Shown: piece by piece, positions 24,601-35,600 of the stretch
Position numbering within the stretch: the first letter of the stretch is position 1
Layout of the letters: each line of letters opens with the position of its first letter
Origin: Acanthaster planci
Lineage: Eukaryota
Direction of reading: 5' to 3'
Assembly: GCF_001949145.1 (NCBI RefSeq)
Contig: NW_019091359.1
Span: 3,592,827 to 3,646,458, forward strand
Length of the DNA stretch: 53,632 bases
Translations under genes and position numbers: made by a program
Notes under the pieces: generated by a model
What the model was told of the DNA's origin: nothing
The model's database searches: none
What the model saw: the letters and a program-made list of their open reading frames with translations, nothing else

Positions 24601-26001
24601 ATACAGGTTGGCGTTTTCCTGTGTTTACAACCAAGGTTATACCATTTATCAGTGTTGCATATTGACGATCAGACAAAATAAATCAGACACAAAAACAAGA
24701 TTTCAAAATTGCAAATCTAGAAATTCTGACTATTCACAATCACACAACATCAAAATGCCAGCAAAACAATAGAATACACAGATTACGTTCATTTTCACAT
24801 CAAAATCAACTTAATACAGTCATAATGACATGGCATCCTGCCTGACCAGCAGCGGTACACGAAGGTCCTGGGATATCTGACCAGCAGCATCGGGTCCAAA
24901 AGAGTGGAAGAAGTCGGCCTACCGATGCAAAACGAAAGTTCAATTCATAAGAGTCTCATATGAGATGAGTTTCGGGTCTGCCAAAAATTCGGAAAGTTGA
25001 TGAAACCAGCATCACAGCCGTTGAAACCGGTCATAGATGCTGCAGCCAGTCGAACGAATCTGCCACATAAAGCATGGCCCGTAGAGTCATCAGCCTGACG
25101 ACATTACACACTGCTGGTAGATACAGCTATCATTAGCACGGAATCCTAGCCCCCGTAATTCTGCATGGCTCCCCGTCTTGGGTCTCGAAACCCTACGACC
25201 TCCAGCGTAGGTTCAAAATAAAATGCTGCTGTCATACCTTTTCCGTAGTAATAACCCCCTTATAAAAAGTTACTAACAATAAGGAAAACATTCCTGGATC
25301 ATCACTCAGGCACGTCTATACTAAATAAAAGGTTACATAATGCCTATAGAAGAAAACCCCAAGATCCTGCCACTAAACGTTAGGACACGTCCATTCGCAA
25401 CTAAAGGGGTGAATAATTAACAATGAATTCGTAACATCAGTTGGATCTTATTCCTGGTTGTCATTTCGCTGTTTAAATACAGACCCTGGGACAAGGATCG
25501 CTACATGGCCCCCGACATTGAAGGAGCAACTAAGCTCCTGAGGGAAGAAAAGGTGGGTCCAAGGCTCCATGAAACATACCGGGATTGAGCTAGTTGAAGT
25601 CAGATGAGCACTGAGTACTGCGCTAAACATTCGTGTTTGGCATGGTACCCATTGCTTATCAGCTTGCTGAATCCAGTAAACTTAGTGGTAAGGTATCTGC
25701 ACTTGTGAGGAGGAGGTTAGTGTTCAAGTCCCATCTAAGGAAGCTTGTGGCATTTCTCTGACAAGTCTTCAGACAACAGTGAGTACACAGAATGTACAGA
25801 TACGTGTTGGGCAAAAAATCGACATCTTTCCATTGCACTGTTTGTATTTGTTTTTGGTGGATTGTTTTCTAGGTGTGGAAAGCAGTCAAACCTTACATGG
25901 ATAATTACCATATAGAACATCTGAAAGGAGCAAGTGTCCCATCACCAACAGGTAGCGCTTTAGGAAATAGCCGTTCTGCTAAGCGTAAGCGAGTGAAGTA
26001 A
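6423..26001 (+). CDS. HAL: Histidine ammonia-lyase (histidase), complete spliced gene, 20 coding exons, 649 aa
   Basis: Exons 6423-6657, 9082-9142, 10427-10454, 10980-11054, 13605-13677, 14077-14143, 15703-15866, 16288-16427, 16680-16727, 17774-17825, 18186-18281, 19552-19706, 21355-21435, 21983-22048, 22628-22706, 23381-23467, 23752-23886, 24136-24244, 25483-25552, 25873-26001 join in frame (1950 nt) through GT-AG introns. Motifs: [28 protein letters not shown] (MIO triad ASG at 16329-16337), [29 protein letters not shown]-terminal Par3/HAL-type domain in exon 1. Confidence 0.97.
6774..7472. mobile_element. TIR element with internal ~75-78-bp tandem repeats, spanning an assembly gap (Mutator/foldback-like)
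   Basis: Left end 6775-6823 is the inverted copy of the repeat unit that starts at 6839, 6917 and 6992; TAGGCCCAAGG at both 6763-6773 and 7471-7481 (9-11-bp TSD-like). Confidence 0.6.
7592..8612. repeat. Long near-perfect inverted repeat (arms ~7592-7891 and ~8171-8509) plus a partial third copy (8510-8612)
   Basis: Direct reverse-complement match, e.g. GGCGTCGTAACGCTATGGGGTTTTGGAATCAAA versus TTTGATTCCAAAACCCCATAGCGTTACGACGCC. Confidence 0.9.
9082..9142 (+). CDS. HAL: HAL coding exon 2 (61 nt), followed by a U12 donor
   Basis: TTTTCCTGCAG acceptor; (V)[19 protein letters not shown]; donor GTATCCTTTT at 9143. Confidence 0.82.
9143..10426 (+). other. U12-type (minor spliceosome) GT-AG intron, HAL intron 2
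   Basis: 5' site GTATCCTTTT; branch site TTCCTTGAC about 26 nt before the AG; no pyrimidine tract. Confidence 0.82.
10427..10454 (+). CDS. HAL: HAL coding exon 3 (28-nt microexon)
   Basis: U12 branch site TTCCTTGAC at 10393-10401, CACAG acceptor, (V)HTTFKSATE, donor GTAATA; restores frame between exons 2 and 4. Confidence 0.8.
10980..11054 (+). CDS. HAL: HAL coding exon 4
   Basis: [30 protein letters not shown] boundaries. Confidence 0.93.
11118..11294. mobile_element. Small MITE with imperfect TIRs
   Basis: AAAGGTTAGTTCA ... TGAAATAGCCTTT. Confidence 0.4.
13605..13677 (+). CDS. HAL: HAL coding exon 5
   Basis: [24 protein letters not shown]; strong pyrimidine tract, donor GTGAAT. Confidence 0.93.
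14077..14143 (+). CDS. HAL: HAL coding exon 6
   Basis: (V)[21 protein letters not shown], contains the inner-loop catalytic Tyr. Confidence 0.95.
15703..15866 (+). CDS. HAL: HAL coding exon 7
   Basis: [18 protein letters not shown]...LRSMIDAFN; donor GTAAGA. Confidence 0.95.
16288..16427 (+). CDS. HAL: HAL coding exon 8 (MIO-forming ASG)
   Basis: [46 protein letters not shown]. Confidence 0.97.
16680..16727 (+). CDS. HAL: HAL coding exon 9
   Basis: [16 protein letters not shown]; donor GTAAGA. Confidence 0.93.
16940..17350. repeat. 124-bp tandem repeat, ~3.3 copies, in HAL intron 9
   Basis: Units start at 16964, 17088 and 17212 (ACTTTCAATAGCACTTCAAAAATTGC...); first two appear identical; preceded by an imperfect hairpin at ~16748-16895. 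Confidence 0.92.
17774..17825 (+). CDS. HAL: HAL coding exon 10
   Basis: [17 protein letters not shown]. Confidence 0.95.
18186..18281 (+). CDS. HAL: HAL coding exon 11
   Basis: (A)[31 protein letters not shown]; donor GTAAGT. Confidence 0.95.
18408..19102. mobile_element. PIF/Harbinger-like MITE in HAL intron 11
   Basis: TIR AGGGCTTTTCAC / GTGAAAAGCCCT with 3-bp T/A flanks (TAT...TAT); internal TAGTGTGAACG repeats; no transposase. Confidence 0.72.
19552..19706 (+). CDS. HAL: HAL coding exon 12
   Basis: (H)[10 protein letters not shown]...[19 protein letters not shown]. Confidence 0.96.
19841..20905 (-). mobile_element. Solo LTR (Gypsy-like) in HAL intron 12
   Basis: Ends TGTGGCA...TGTCACA flanked by 4-bp direct repeat ATAT (19837-19840, 20906-20909); minus-strand AATAAA at 20151-20156; internal short CACTCCGCAA repeats; orientation inferred. 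Confidence 0.7.
21355..21435 (+). CDS. HAL: HAL coding exon 13, followed by a U12 donor
   Basis: [27 protein letters not shown]; donor GTATCCTT at 21436. Confidence 0.95.
21436..21982 (+). other. U12-type (minor spliceosome) GT-AG intron, HAL intron 13
   Basis: 5' site GTATCCTTAC; branch site TTCCTCAAC about 17 nt before the AG. Confidence 0.88.
21983..22048 (+). CDS. HAL: HAL coding exon 14
   Basis: [23 protein letters not shown]12 branch site TTCCTCAAC at 21958-21966. Confidence 0.95.
22202..22625 (+). mobile_element. Highly decayed L2 LINE 3' end in HAL intron 14
   Basis: Fragments [27 protein letters not shown] and [29 protein letters not shown] resemble the L2 ORF2 C-terminus, also seen at about 3820-4165; ends GAGCGCTCTTATTATTATC. 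Confidence 0.72.
22628..22706 (+). CDS. HAL: HAL coding exon 15
   Basis: [26 protein letters not shown]. Confidence 0.95.
23381..23467 (+). CDS. HAL: HAL coding exon 16
   Basis: (S)[28 protein letters not shown]. Confidence 0.95.
23752..23886 (+). CDS. HAL: HAL coding exon 17
   Basis: (V)[44 protein letters not shown]. Confidence 0.96.
24136..24244 (+). CDS. HAL: HAL coding exon 18
   Basis: (V)[35 protein letters not shown]. Confidence 0.95.
24653..25436. mobile_element. Solo LTR (Gypsy-like) in HAL intron 18
   Basis: Ends TGTTGC...GTAACA flanked by 4-bp direct repeat TCAG (24649-24652, 25437-25440); CpG-richer than the flanking intron; no ORF. Confidence 0.72.
25483..25552 (+). CDS. HAL: HAL coding exon 19
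   Basis: (E)[23 protein letters not shown]. Confidence 0.95.
25873..26001 (+). CDS. HAL: HAL coding exon 20 (terminal)
   Basis: [45 protein letters not shown] at 25999-26001. Confidence 0.9.
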   Translation: MWKAVKPYMDNYHIEHLKGASVPSPTGSALGNSRSAKRKRVK

Positions 26002-27679
26002 AGAGTGACTTCTAAGAGAATGGTTGGGTAGAGCCGTGTACATGGTCAAAAGCTACAGTGGGCCAGGTAGGAATTCTTACTCAGTGGTTGGTGTTAACAT
26101 CATTCAGTATAGGCTTAAACTCAGCTGTAGCATAAGGCTTGTTTGTCATGCAAGTAAAAACGGCCAGCTAATAAGTGATATGAGCAGATAATAAGAAGAC
26201 GTAGAGTTGAATGTTTTCAGTGTGTTGATTTTTACTTGGATTGTTCATTTATGGAAGTGAATTTCGCTTTGGTTTGAACTTTGCATATAAGTAGAAAGCA
26301 GCCAATTGAACTATGGAGCTTTACAAACCAATTTTTATCTTTTTTAGTAGGTAGTTCCACCTTGCTTCCTAGGTATTTTCCTGCATATTGCTTGTTAATG
26401 AATTAACATTGTAAGCCAAATTGTAAGAGTGCAAACCGCTGGTTGAAAAGACACCTTTTGAAATGGTGCACTTGCAAAACTTGCTCGTAATGGAAGAATG
26501 AAAGGGCGTGACTTAAAGTTCAAAATGGTTGGTTAGGCTCCATGAGGGATTTAAGCTCCCAGTGTGATCAAGGTGAATCGTGAAAAAAATAGTAATGCTA
26601 AACTTTTATCACACTTTTCAGTCTAAGGATTAAAATTTATTTAAGTACTTCAAACTGAAAATTTTTTTTGTTTGGGACTTATCTGAATTCTTTGTATATT
26701 CAAAATCCTTTCATTGGTGTTAAACATCTTGAATTATAACCATTTATAACTGTATGACTTAATAGCTTGTGAAATTTTGCAATTCTTAATTAATCGTTTA
26801 CTGATTTGAATAAAATTTCTATATTGTTAGATAGATAACACATATTATTCAGTTAAGGTTCTCCTAACTTAGAAATAAAAACTCTCAACAAGATGAATTT
26901 AACAGCCTCCAGCTTGTCAGCAAAAAGATTCTAATGAAATAATGGTTGCTACCAGATGTTTTATTTTGTTTTATGCCATGTCTTTATTTTGTTCTTTAGG
27001 TCTTTTAAGTGAAACTTTGGCAATAGCAATGCAATTATCTGGGTGTTTTTTCAAGTGTTCCTTCTCATTATCTTTATTTGGTAGGGAAAAAATAAATCTT
27101 TAAATCTTAAAACATTTAATCTTGTTCATATTTTGAGGTGATTTTTCTACAATTACATCTGTTTGCACAAGATCTAATCTCATCATGATTAGCAGAAGCA
27201 ACAAGGGTAAATTAGAAACAAATGTTGAATTAGGAACCAAGTACATTTTGATCCCTTTTTGATGGTGGTGACAGGTATAAACTCATTTTTGTTGTGTTAT
27301 TTACAATTTGCACGTAATAGCTTGAGGTTCAGTGGACTGCAGATACTTCCTGTGTATTTTTGATTCTATGTATTCTTTTGCCTTAAAAATTCACTCCTAA
27401 AGATAAAAGGGTTTGACTTTAGCCAGCATTAAGTGGTGTGCTTTTTTTTGTTTGATGTTTGATAGTTCTGGAGTCCTTGAATGAAAAGTTTTTTCCAAAT
27501 ACATGTAGCTTATTTTCTCTTTTTGAGTGTAGTACTGACCAGTTAATCAAGGAAACTATTTCTTATAATTCTCGTAGAGTATATCATGTAATTTGATGGT
27601 TATGAACTGAGAATCAGAATGTTAGAACCTACATTTCTGAAATATCTTTCATTCTTAGCACTTTGTTGGGTAAGGTATC

Positions 27680-27742
27680 TTAACGGCAATGTTTGAATCT
27701 TTTAACGGCAATGTTTGAATCTTTTAACGGCAATGTTTGAAT
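27680..27742. repeat. 22-bp tandem repeat, ~3 copies
   Basis: TTAACGGCAATGTTTGAATCTT starting at 27680, 27702 and 27724. Confidence 0.95.
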
Positions 27743-29518
27743 TAAACTATGAACTATTACACAGAAACACTGAATTGTGTAGATTTTTAATCAAGTTTGG
27801 GTGGGTAACAGAAGAGTTGTAATGACAACATTTCAGTTTATGCTTGACAAATAATATTAATTTCACACTTGTAAAGGAAGACAAGATCCATTGATGTGAA
27901 TATAAAGAAGTCAACCATTTAATGCATGTCATACCCTTCATAGCAACCCATGCAACAACCAGCAGCAACCCATGCATAAGCTTACAGAGACATGGTTCTG
28001 TTTTCTGTAATTGAATAAGTGACAGACATTGCAACATCGGTTACAAGTTTGATTACAATCCAGCTTCTACTTGACAGGATGCATCCTGTACCATATTGTT
28101 TGAATAAGCATAGAAAATGGTGCATGTATGTTGAGTGAGTTGTCACTCAATCTACCTTGTAAAATGGAACATTCCATTTATCACCTCATAAAATTGTTTT
28201 GCACCATAATTAATCTTAGAAAACATCCTGCATGATCAATTTCAGAAATTTATCACCGTGGAATAGAAAGTTATATTTACCATGAAAGAACTTTGAGTTT
28301 TTAAGTTAAGCCACTAGAAAGAAAAATTTATTCAGCAGAAACAAACATTTCAATCCAGTGATGTTTTTAACATTCCTGAATATCTTCTACTGAAGTTATA
28401 CAATGTATCCACTATGTCAAAATTTTCAACCAAAATTTTTTTTAAATGCTTGGTTCTGGGTAGCTGGATTTCTCCGTGAATGTTAAATAGCAACGCAAAT
28501 GTTTCAGTTGGAAACTATAAACAAAAGCAATAAGTGGCATGCATTAAACTACAACTACAAGCAACTTTAATAGATTGAAAAGTTCAAACTAATCCTGAAA
28601 ATCATTCAAATATTCAAACTAAAGTCTTTCTACAAAGTTCCCATCATACATTGACTCATTTCTACGTTAAATTTTTCATTGAACCCATCACCCAAAAAAA
28701 CCAGCTTTCTCTAACTACACAGCTCAAACCAACAACCAGGAAAATACACGGAACCGTTGTGCTACATCTTAGAATTAATAAGAATTAATGTACTTGTAAA
28801 TTAATTTATGGAAGTGTACATGTAGGCTTTATTTTCTTAAGAATACTTTACATCTTTCTCACTCTTGACAGTTTTGCAGAAATGCTAGTGCACTGCTCTA
28901 ACAGATCCATTTAATTACAATGGTCACACTGCTCGTCCTTGGTTCACCATTATGTTCAAGGTTTTGCATGGTAACTAAAATCTCACTTTTAACGGTTCAT
29001 AAATGTGGCTGTAATCCGACTACTGACAAAAAGTAAGGCAAGGTTTAGAAATGACCACAGTTACTCATAGTTCAATCAGTGCTGCATGAATATTGGTTTA
29101 GACCACCTAGATGACCATTTCGAATCAAACCCTGGGCTAATCGCACTGCTGGTTATCGACAGACCAGTGGTCAAAGCTATAGTTGGTGTCCAATCTTGCC
29201 TATGATTGTAGGAAAAGCCAGTGTGGTTCACATGGTTATCAAATGTGGACGGTCATACTATACAAGAGGCATGGGAAAGCAGGTGTCTCTTCGACAAACA
29301 AATTCACTGCAGGAATGTAGAGCAAGCATGGATGGCAGGAAAGTTTTTATTCAATAAAAGTAAACATCTGTAATGGTATTAAATACAACACAAGCAAATA
29401 ACGAGGATTATGTATGTAGCAATTTCAACACAATGCTGGATATTTCGAAATGGTCACATTTTATGTGACCAGTTTCTAGTAACATGCGGCATGATCATGA
29501 TCTGGAAACCTAGCTGGG

Positions 29519-29656
29519 TTAGTTTCTAAAGGCTCTGTCCAAGACATCTGATTGGACGTTGTGTGGTAGGGTCACTTTCAGCTTACTATTGGACTGCATG
29601 GCATGGCAAATGGTCTCCTGGGCTTTCGTATTTCCTGACCAGCTTCGTCGAGCAAC
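29519..29656 (-). CDS. UROC1: UROC1 coding exon 18 (terminal)
   Basis: VARRSWSGNTKAQETICHAMQSNSKLKVTLPHNVQSDVLDRAFRN*. Confidence 0.94.
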   Translation of the reverse strand, partial: VARRSWSGNTKAQETICHAMQSNSKLKVTLPHNVQSDVLDRAFRN

Positions 29657-32600
29657 CTAGACAATACAAATGACCAACGAATCGGACTCAGAACTTAGAT
29701 GCGATCAACAGACCCATACAATGAATGATTCCAGCAAAATAATGCCCTCTTTAACCACTTGCTGCCAGGGGACCTGTTTTTGAGCATGTAGGCTTTATAC
29801 ACGGAGCCGGGGAACCCAACATGGGACAAAGGGAACTGGGCCTTGTAACAAAAGACCAGGCTGATGGGCATGACCAACATTTTTTCACTCTTACTAGTGG
29901 AGATAAGTCAGCCTTGTTTTGAAACAGTATACCATGGTTTGAGGCATTTAGAGTGAGCGGATTACCACCGGGGACAAAAGCGCTCCACCACTGCAGCAAT
30001 GAGCCGCACAGCACTGCTGCACACTAATCTGGCCTCTATTGAAAAGAGGTCAGCAGCGCACTGTGCCAGGTTTGTGAAGAAAAGAAAGTTATAACACCGC
30101 ACAATCTGGGCTCTTTTTACAAGGCTGCAGGCCTGGCTGAAATCCTCGGGCATCAATAGATTTTGTCTGTCAGACTAGAGTGGTCACCAGACAGTAATTT
30201 GTGTGGGTGTAAATGTCCATTAAATGAAATGATGAATTTTGGAAGAATTTTGAAAACTGAAAATCTTGGAAAAGTCCTGATTATGTGCACTGCATTTTTC
30301 AAACCACGCGGCGGCAAGTGGTTAAGGAACTGAGATATTCCAGCGATGCTTGAGAGTCCATTTAAGAGGAACAATAATAACATGGCATTATGCTGTGAGA
30401 GCTAGATCTGTATTTAGGAACATGTGGCTTAGTGGTTAGGGTTTAAACTCTTGATCTTCGGCTTTGGGTTTTGAATCTAGCTTCAGTCGACTTGTCTGTC
30501 TCATTCAGGAGTATACACGGGTACCAGTGAAGACAGGGATTATACTAACAACTTTTCCGTCTCAGGAGTATACACGGGTACCAGTGAAGACAGAGATTAT
30601 ACTAACAACTTGTCTGTCTCACTCAGGAGTATATACGGGTACCAGTGAAGACAGAATATACTAACAACTTGTAGCTAAAATGGCAGCTTTGAGCAGCATA
30701 CTCCTCAAGGAGCCGAGATGTCTTAGGAATGCTTAATGGCCAAATGACCAGAGATACTAACAATCAGTGACTCAATCTAGTGTCAAGGATTTGAGCACTT
30801 TGATAAATGCTAATTTATTGTTGTTGTTGCTAAATTGTTGTTATTATTAATAGATGCACATTATTACTCTAATTGATTAGAACCACGTCAATGCTAAATT
30901 CTAAATGATACAAGACTGGCCAGGAAGGCCACACCTACCCCGTTAGTGACATCCCAAGCTAGCATGGCTTTGGCTCTCTCTCCTGCTCTCTCCGTCCCAT
31001 CTAGCATCAAGCCAAAACCTCCGTTGATAACTTCCCCCCAACCTACTCCGCCTCCGTTATGTAAGGCCACCCAAGTAGCCCCACGGAAGGAATCACCGAT
31101 AACATTCTGTACGGCCATATCTGCAGTAGTTCAAATTTAGTTTTCATTCCCATACATTTCAGTCTGTTCTCTAAGATGAAAATGAACTTCCCTTTTGATA
31201 CATTCCCAAATTAAGGACTCTCTATGGAAAGGACACGTGTTCATGTATGAACTGGCTTCCAGGCACATCATGCTGCACTGGGCAAGACTTGAGTGAATGT
31301 ACTTGGCACTTGGTGATTTTCCTCCTGTATTCTCAAAAAGGAGGCCTTGACAAACCTAAGAGTCTTTTCAAGAATGGAACGCACCTTAGCATGTGCACAT
31401 ACTGACAACATAGAGAAAATTGTGTTCAAGTGTTATGTTGCTCAGGATACAAAGAGAGTTCAAGATTTGTTCTCAATGAATGTCAGTAAATGAAATGACA
31501 CACAGAAACACTGTTAGACATTGAGCCATCACATGCAAGATTGCATTTCACATACAATGCTTAATATTGGCATTGTCCTACATGGGCGTCACCAGTTTCC
31601 GGGGGGGGGGGGAAGCATTCCTCAGCAGCAAACTGGGGCCAATTTCATAGAGCTGCTTAGGCACAGAATTTGCTTAAGCGTGAAAAAACTTTGCTTAATA
31701 AACAAAGGTTACCAGCTCAAACTCTATGTGATTGTCATGCTAACCAAAAGACAGGTAAATACCATTCCAAAACAATATATATTACCAGAAGTTTGGCTGG
31801 TGGCATATTTGTCAAGCAAGGTTCTTTCACGCTTACACACAAATTTTTCACTGAAGCAGCACTATGAAATTAGCCCCCCGACATTAAAACCATTAAAGTT
31901 GGCAGAGGCTCAAATCTGGGGTATTTCATGATACGTGGTAGTTCTCATCCCCTCTCCTCCATTTATGCCCTTTCACTTTTTCTTTTCTTTTATCCCTCTT
32001 TTTCTTTTCTTTTATCCCTCTTTTTCTTTTCTTTTTCCTGGGGGGGGGAGGTGGGAGAAGCCTCCCTCTCACTCATGACGTCTACGCTATACCTTCATTG
32101 CCTAAAATGACTGGTACAGAACTAAACTTACCTGCACAGAAAGCTGAGCCATCATAAATGTTGGAGGTCTCACGGAATGGACTATCAGTACCACTGACAT
32201 CATGATGATCTCTACTGATGATGACTGGGCCACGGAGTTTACCCTCACTGACAGCTTGATTGAAAGCCGATGCAATGGCCATACGACCACGCTGATTGGA
32301 GTACAGGATTCGAGCTTGAGAACCCACAACCTAAAGTTAGCAGGGCAGAGAGAAAAATACCATGATGACATTTCTTACATTGCCCCAATCCCTGAACCAA
32401 AATATTCTTTTTTCCCGATTACCAGGGACCAAGCACAAAAAAATTTATATGGTTAGCAAAATGCTACTTGCTGTGTAAAACATTGGTCTTTTTGCACTGA
32501 AATTTTGCAAGCAATTTCAAAGCCAAATTTTAGTTCAGCACTGTCATACTCAGTCTTAGACGACAATTACCTGATGACTAAATGTAGCATCTAAGCCCCA

Positions 32601-35600
32601 CTATGTCTTGGAACAAACAAACCTATCACTATTCTGTCTTCTAATAACTGCCAATCTATTATCAGTAATGTACGATTGACACATCATTAGTATCAACTTA
32701 CTAGTTTGTGTTTGGCGGCTTCCTTAATCCAACGAATGTTGTCCTCGTACTGTTGTTTGGTAGTTTCTGGAACTAAATTAAGAGACATTACAAAGTTCAG
32801 AACAATTAGTTTTTGGCAAAAAAAATTTATTCTGCAACACCCTCTAAAGCAGTTGAATATTTACATGTCAGTGGCTTGGTAGAGAGCTAGGTTAAGGCTA
32901 GGTTTGCATACTGTCTACTTTTTATATCACCTACATGAGGTGGCCTCTTGGATGAACGATAGACACGATTAATGATGAAACATGATTACATGTAGCAAGT
33001 TCATCTGTGTGGGGAGGGAATATTTGAAGCATATATATATCTCTAAAAATATTAAAATTTCTTTTATATTAAAGATCATTTTGACATTCTAGAATCATAA
33101 AGACCTCTATTTTCAAAAGTTAATTGTGTTCACAGGGGAATTTGGGGTTACCCAGAAACTAGCCATCTATGGAGCCTACTTCCAAATTAAAAACAACTCA
33201 TCTATTTCTTGGGTGCAAATTGTTGCTGACTGAAATTGAATTAAATGTTGGACACCTACCTCCTTGTCTGATGAAGTCTTCCAAGACTGTTGTTGCTATT
33301 TCATCAGTGGTGGCAAGATCATTGGGGTCACTGGATGTGCAGACCCATCGGAAGGGACCAAACCCAAGAGAGAATATGTCACTGAAGGAACAACAAATGA
33401 AAAAGTATGAAAAAAATGATAGAAACTATATTTAATGGCACACGCAAAGCACACACACCTCATCAAGAATGTTTTGGTCTGGAAAAATTCAGAGGAAAGT
33501 ATCTTACCCCATGATGTCTTGAACATAGGACGGATATCTGAACCTATTACCAGTCTGGTCCCCTTCCTTCTTTACATCAGCACCTGTGGATGGATACGAA
33601 CCCAGAAAACAAGGACCACGTTAATGGGCACCAAGCTTTAAGAATCACTGTGTTTGGAAACAGATGTGTTATGCTTAAACATGTAACAAAGTGGATAAAA
33701 TCTTTAAGTTTTGTGTTCCATTTTTTAGTTTCTATTGTTTTCATGTGACTCTGGTCTGTTTAAATGCAAACGCTAGATATATGATTAAAGACTTTATAAC
33801 CAACCTGCTCGACTTGCTTCAAGTAAGAACGCATTGCCATAGTCAAAGAAGTACATGCCGCGGTCAGCAAGTTTATTGATGGCAGCGATCTGACGACGCA
33901 AGCTGCATAAGACAAGGATTCACAGGAGACATCATTAATAGATGACAAAAGAGTAAACAACAAAACCAATCCATCAAAAGGTTTGAATTTAGACACAAAG
34001 TTTGACTGAACAACCCACCTTTCTTGGACCAAGTTCTTGAATCGGACTGGGTCTGTCGTCATGATGTCATTAGCTTCATCAAAGCTCACTTGAGTGGGAT
34101 AGTAGCCACCATTAAAGGGGTTATGACAAGAGGTCTGGTCTGACCCTAGGTCAACTAACAGCTCACCTGTGCTGTCATACTCTGTAACCATTCTCTCCCT
34201 GTTAGCGAAATGGAATCATCCAAGTTGATGCATTGGGATGGATCATTATATCTGATAGGGGTTTATCATATAAGGTTGATGGGATCTTAAACATTTTGCA
34301 TTAGTTTTGTGATTTAAAATATCCATTGGGATCAACAATGTGGAGGCCCAGCCATGCTGGCCATTTTAGATTGTAAAACTTTACTCTTTATAGGACAAAA
34401 ATAAAAAACTCGAAATGATATCCCTCTTGTGAACAAATGACAACTGACACACCTTTCCCAACAAAACATTCTGTCCTTCAAAACGTCTCCAAGGGCTAAA
34501 CTTGAATGCACTAATTTGAATTTATTTAAAAGAAAACACATCTAAAAATTGAACACCTACCAAATGTCCACAATGTTTCCATGGTAACCAATACTGAGAG
34601 GTGTTTTTTCTTTCTTTGCTCGTCTGCAAATTAAAGAGCCGTAATTAGAAAAACAATTAAAAATGAATAAAATATTACAATACAAATTCGTGCACTGTCA
34701 AATTTACAACGATGGGAAAACAGGTTCCGTTTTCAATGAATATGAGAACAAACAAAGAAATTGAGGGATATAAGACTGGCTCAAGTGCTTTTTAGTCAAT
34801 TTCTTTGTTCAAGCTCTTACTAACTAAAAACAATATTACAGTAAAGATCTTGATGACTTCAAAACACCTGCAGAGCTACACAACATATTAGTTCATCTAA
34901 ATGAGCTTACTTGATCCTCTCAATGCAAACATCCAAACTGTCAACTACTTCCATCACCCACCTAAAAAATGAAAGAGAAGAAATCACAGCAATAAGGGAC
35001 CAGTTATAGATGCTAGACTATTCATACTGAGCACATTTTATACAAAAAATTCTTTCCATAATGGCACCATAAGTTTGTTTTACGTTTATTACACACGTAG
35101 GCCTTTGGCTTGTAAATAAACCCAATATGCAGAGACTTAATAGAGACTGCAAAGTTCACTTTCCTGAGACTTTTAAATCTTTTGTCTGAATATGGCAGAT
35201 AATCACCAACAGAAGTGAAATGAAACTGTCCTACCCTTGCTTGTGTCTTTTCAGTAAGGCTTCCTTACTGACCTCCGCAATGACCCCAATACAGCCACAG
35301 ATGACTGCTGCTTTGGCCTGAGCACCACTCATACCCCCAAGACCTGACGACACAAAGACCCGACCTCTCAAATCACTGGTCCCCAGCTGCTGGCGACCAG
35401 CATTCATCACAGTGATCTGTATGTTGCAGTACAATCAATGTATAAAGAATGTCCATAACCCAAGCACTAATTCAGATTGTCTCCAGCTTGGGTGTCTATA
35501 TCTATTAATCTGGAAAACTACATGAATAACACTGCATCAATATTTACATAAGAAAATCAGACATTAACCCTAACCCTCCTCAATCCTTCACCTGTTGGAG

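Noticed and set aside
30418..30490. tRNA gene
   Set aside because: Degenerate B-box, no cloverleaf, and it continues into a SINE body and tail.
30505..30670. CRISPR-like array (also 16964-17350 and 27680-27742)
   Set aside because: Head-to-tail tandem copies without unique spacers, eukaryotic context and no cas genes.
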